The position numbers and the translations under genes are program-made. Below the pieces are notes generated by a model. That model was not told where the DNA came from and made no database searches. It saw nothing but the letters and a program-made list of their open reading frames with translations. A stretch of DNA of 63,772 nt, counting the filler, from Chrysochromulina tobinii (taxonomy: Eukaryota), in NCBI GenBank assembly GCA_001275005.1. It is 8 parts of 8 records of this genome, joined end to end, with 100 filler letters (N's around TTAATTAATTAA, not from the genome) between each part and the next. Parts side by side here need not be neighbours in the genome. Positions count along the whole stretch, not along the records: positions 41,712 to 60,559 come from JWZX01000953.1; positions 60,660 to 63,772 come from JWZX01000975.1; 6 more parts are not named here. One strand, written 5' to 3'. Positions 60,410 to 63,772 of this stretch are shown here, one piece after another. Every line of letters begins with the position of its first letter. Within the stretch, counting starts at the first letter, position 1.

Positions 60410-60559
60410 TCGAAATTTCGAGCACGAGACGGCGCTTTACCGGCATTGGAGGTACAAGATTCCATCGAGCATTATGTTTAGAGTGCTACCGCCGGCTTCC
60501 CCACCCCCGTTTGTCGTTTCTCGTTTCGGTGGTGAGGAGCTCTTACCGGGTACTTTAGA

Positions 60560-60659
60560 NNNNNNNNNNNNNNNNNNNNNNNNNNNNNNNNNNNNNNNNN
60601 NNNTTAATTAATTAANNNNNNNNNNNNNNNNNNNNNNNNNNNNNNNNNNNNNNNNNNNN
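60560..60659. other. Artificial contig spacer
   Basis: N44-TTAATTAATTAA-N44. Confidence 0.98.
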
Positions 60660-62721
60660 ACGTCGTGGGCGAGGAGTCGGCGCTCAACCTGCAGGGCGAG
60701 TACCTCGGCCAGACCAAGGAGAAGGTCAACAAGCTCATGGCGTCGGCGCGGGGTGGGCTCGTCTTCATCGACGAGGCGTACAATCTCGGCGGATCTCGCG
60801 GCATGAGGGCCTCGCTCTACGCCCAGGAGGCTGTCGATCAGCTCACCTACTGCATGACGGAGGACTCGCACAAGGGACGCACGATCGTCGTGCTCGCCGG
60901 CTACGAGCGCGAGATGAACGACATGCTCGCGAGCGCCAACCCCGGCTTCCGCTCGCGCTTCAAGCAGCGCATCGCCATGCCTGACTGGGACGCTGCCGAT
61001 GTGGTCGAGTACCTTCGCCGCCGGTGCAACAAGAAGGGCATCGTGCTCGCCGATGCCGCGCAGAGGGTGCTGCTAGGCGGGCTCGATGACGTGCGCAAGC
61101 GGCCCGGATGGGCAAACGCGCGCGACGCCGAGTGGCTGTTTGATGAGCTCACCGGTACGAGATTGCACGGGATGGCATGTGATTGCACGGGATGGCATGC
61201 GAGTGCCTCTGAGCGCCTCCGAGTGCCCCAGGGTGTCGCCGTTGGCTCTCCTCTTGATGGCCTCCCTCGTGATTCCCCCCATCATCAGGTCTCCGGGCCG
61301 TGCGTCGCTCCTCGGCGCGCGATGACGAGGAGCGACCGACATTCACGAAGCACGACGCCATCTCGGCTCTACTCGCATTCGATAAGCAGCGTCCGCCGCC
61401 CAACAACGGCAACAAGCGCGCGCAGCCGCCCAACCCTCTCGTCGGCACCCTCGCAGACGCGCTCGGAGAGTCGTTGATGCGCGGCACTGGCGGCCCGACC
61501 GTTCGTCTCACGGAGGTGCAGTCGCGCTCCAAGGTCATCGGCCTCTACTTTAGCGCCCACTGGTGCCCGCCGTGCCGGGCGTTCACACCCAAGCTGGTCC
61601 GCGCGTACACAGAACATCTCAAGGCCAAGGTGAGGGCCTCTAATGGCCTCTAATGGCCTCTAATGGCCTCTAATGGCCTTCATTTGCCTCCATATGCCTC
61701 CATTTGCCTCTGATTGCTTCTGATCGCCTCTGATCGCCTCTGATCGCCTCTGATCGCCTCTGATCGCCTCCGATCGCGTGCAGGGTCTCGAGATCATCTT
61801 CATCTCGTCCGATCACGACTCCAAGTCCTTCCGAGAGTACTACAGCACCATGCCGTGGCTCGCGATGGCGCACGGGGATCCGCGCAAGGAGGGCCTCGAG
61901 ACAGCCTTCGGCGTGAAAGGCATCCCTCGGCTGGTGCTGTTGGACGCGCGTACAGGGCGCCCCCTGCACCAGGACGCGCGGGGGCGGGTGGCCGAAGACC
62001 CCACAGGATCCTCCTTCCCCTGGCGCGACGATGGCGCTCAGGACGACGCTCAGGACGACGAGGAGGAGGCCGAGATGATGGTCGCGGGCCCGAGTGGCGG
62101 GCCGAGTGGCGGGCGTGAGCCCCCGAAGCGCGAAGTGGAGGCGTTCAAGGAGGAGGAGCGCATCTGTGAGGTGATCCAGGGCGACGACGACGGCGGCGAC
62201 AAGGGAACCATGACCATTGAAGCGGCGCTGGCAGAGGCGTGCGTGGAGCTGGGGTACGATGAAGACAACCCGAAGCGCAAGAAGCTCATCTATAAACTGT
62301 CCGGGTGCGTGAATACGTGCTCTCAAGTCGCCCCCTGATGGCCCTCTGATGGCCCCCTGATGGCCCTCTGATGGCCCCCTGATGGCCCTCTGATGGGCCC
62401 CTGATTGCCACTGATGACAGGTGCGAGGGCACCAAAGATTTCCCCGAGGACATCATGAACAAGGTGTTGCAGAAGACGGGGCGCAAGAGGCACGAGGTGA
62501 TCGACGAGCTGCGCGAGCAAGTTCTCGGCGTCCTGAGCTCGATGCGCGAGGCCATCCATCAAGCGGAGCAGGAGCAGTATAAGAAGGAGGCTCCCATCCG
62601 CGAGAAGATCCGCCAGATGGCGCGCTGCCCCGCCGGCTTCGACTGGCACCGCGAGGGGGCGGGCTGGCGCTGCAATGGCGGCTCGCACTTTATCAGCAAC
62701 GACGAGCTGCCGACGGTGTGA
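60660..62721 (+). CDS. 5'-partial CbbX/SpoVK-type AAA+ ATPase fused to a nucleoredoxin/tryparedoxin-like thioredoxin and a C-terminal CPxGFxW...RCxGGSH module (exons to 61154, 61289-61629, 61784-62304, 62421-62721)
   Basis: L.GEYLGQT, GGLVFIDEAY, VLAGY..EM...NPGFRSRF, GWANARDA; GLYFSAHWCPPCRAFTP.L, EIIFISSD, MPWLA, GIPRLV. Confidence 0.85.
61155..61288 (+). other. Intron (phase 1) with degenerate decamers, 3' end ccatcatCAG
   Basis: ACCG|GTACGA...CAG|GT gives ELTGLRAVRR. Confidence 0.8.
61630..61783 (+). other. Intron with graded decamer array CCTCTAATGG to CCTCTGATCG
   Basis: AAG|GTGAGG...gtgCAG|GGT gives HLKAK|GLEIIF. Confidence 0.92.
62305..62420 (+). other. Intron with 11-mer (CCCYCTGATGG)n array
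   Basis: GG|GTGCGT...gatgaCAG|G gives KLSGCEGTKD. Confidence 0.85.
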
Positions 62722-63369
62722 TGAGGGGGGGGCGAAAAGGAAGGGAACGCAAAAAGCAAGGGAAGGGACCGTGTACGCTTGCCGCTGGCTGGAGCGCATG
62801 CATCGCGACGAGCCGACCGTGAGAGACGTTGGGACCATGAGACTGACATCTAAATGACACATGTCAGAAGATAATGTTATGCGGGGTAAACAACGCGCGG
62901 AGGGCCGGAGCGCGGAGGGCCAAGAGCGAAGAGGACAGACACGAACTTGTGACTTGTGTATCTGTCGAGTCTGTACGGCGAAGCCGCGAAGGGCTACCGG
63001 TCTATCCCCATCTTGCAACTGTAAGGCAAGTGTTTGTACCCGAGATTGCCCCGCCCGTGGCGACTGGCCGGTTGACTTGTAATGATATAAAATTCCAGTT
63101 ACGGTATCGGCAGGCATGATCGGCAGGTGGACCTAGAGTTTTGCTCGACTACTCTTAGCCGCCACCTCGCCTGGTGGGCCGCCACCTAAGCGCGGACAGC
63201 CGTATAGTAACGTCCGTAGAAGGAGACGCCGCGTGTTTCCTGTAGTACATGGAAGCAGTGTCAAATAGCATTGACCATTGACGGGGCAGATCAGGCCCCT
63301 GGGCCCTTGCACATGCGCTCAGACGGCCGTACGCCAAGTCGTACGCTCGTCCTTCTCGACTTCGCCTTC

Positions 63370-63772
63370 CTAGGTCTGGAGGTATCGACTGGGTGGCGCC
63401 GTCCTGGGCGCCGTCCAGGGCTGGTGGAGGTATTGAATGCGCGCGATGACCCGCTGAGCGCTAAAGATGTCTTCGAGTGCACAGCCCGGGTGCAACTGCT
63501 GGGGACCTCCCTCTAAAGTCTCGTACACGACGGAGAGCTCGTCGGGGCTGAGCGGAGGCAAGTAACGGCCCGCGACCTACGAGCCCGAACCCGAGGCCAT
63601 CAGCGGCCACTCGTGTACAAAATCGGGCCATCATAGTCGCAATCCGTGGCAATCAGATGCAATCGGAGGCAATTAGTGGCAATTAGTGGCAATCAGAGGC
63701 AATCAGTGGCATTCCGTCGCAATCCATCACAATCACCTCGCTCGCCACGACGAGTAGCTGGCGGAGCAGCTT
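63370..63772 (-). CDS. 3' end of a hypothetical gene; intron 63577-63736 with (CCWCTRATTG)n array
   Basis: GAG|GTGATT...ctcgTAG|GTC gives KLLRQLLVVASE|VAGRYLPPLSPDEL. Confidence 0.65.

Noticed and set aside
61560..61580. Selenoprotein readthrough in the thioredoxin domain
   Set aside because: The active site is WCPPC with ordinary Cys codons; nearby stop codons are intronic
1..63772. Autonomous transposon, viral, rRNA or tRNA genes
   Set aside because: No transposase, RT, integrase, capsid or structural-RNA signatures recognised, so no enzyme for the proposed insertion process is visible in this window

Overview
This window is eukaryotic and GC-rich, and consists of eight contig fragments joined by artificial 100-nt spacers (N44-TTAATTAATTAA-N44). 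Adjacency across spacers may not be biological. Spliceosomal introns (one with a GC donor), TTAGGG repeats, SPPP-hinged modular surface proteins and intronic 10-11-nt tandem arrays suggest a haptophyte alga (Chrysochromulina/Emiliania-like); this is inference. Recognisable genes: gamma-COP, an EML/HELP-WD40 protein, a partial myosin, an XEG113-like GT77 glycosyltransferase, two multi-exon J-domain proteins, a TBL/PC-esterase-like protein, a pentameric ligand-gated ion channel (pLGIC) homologue, an ankyrin/Sel1 chimera carrying an LSM14 domain, a CbbX-type AAA+/thioredoxin fusion, and lectin-rich surface proteins. The most striking signal is a family of about 13 introns on five contigs, filled with 10-11-nt arrays built around CTRAT (branch-point-like and stop-containing). 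Several share a 3' end ((CC)TCATCAG) complementary to the repeat core, and several contain copies of their own exon/5'-splice junction. Three further arrays lie in reverse orientation, are stop-free and frame-preserving, and are flanked by direct duplications of host sequence. Together these suggest an active insertion/duplication process that may generate introns. The best protein-level novelty is a pLGIC with an apparent fifth TM helix and cytosolic EF-hands. All gene models were spliced by eye and need transcript support.
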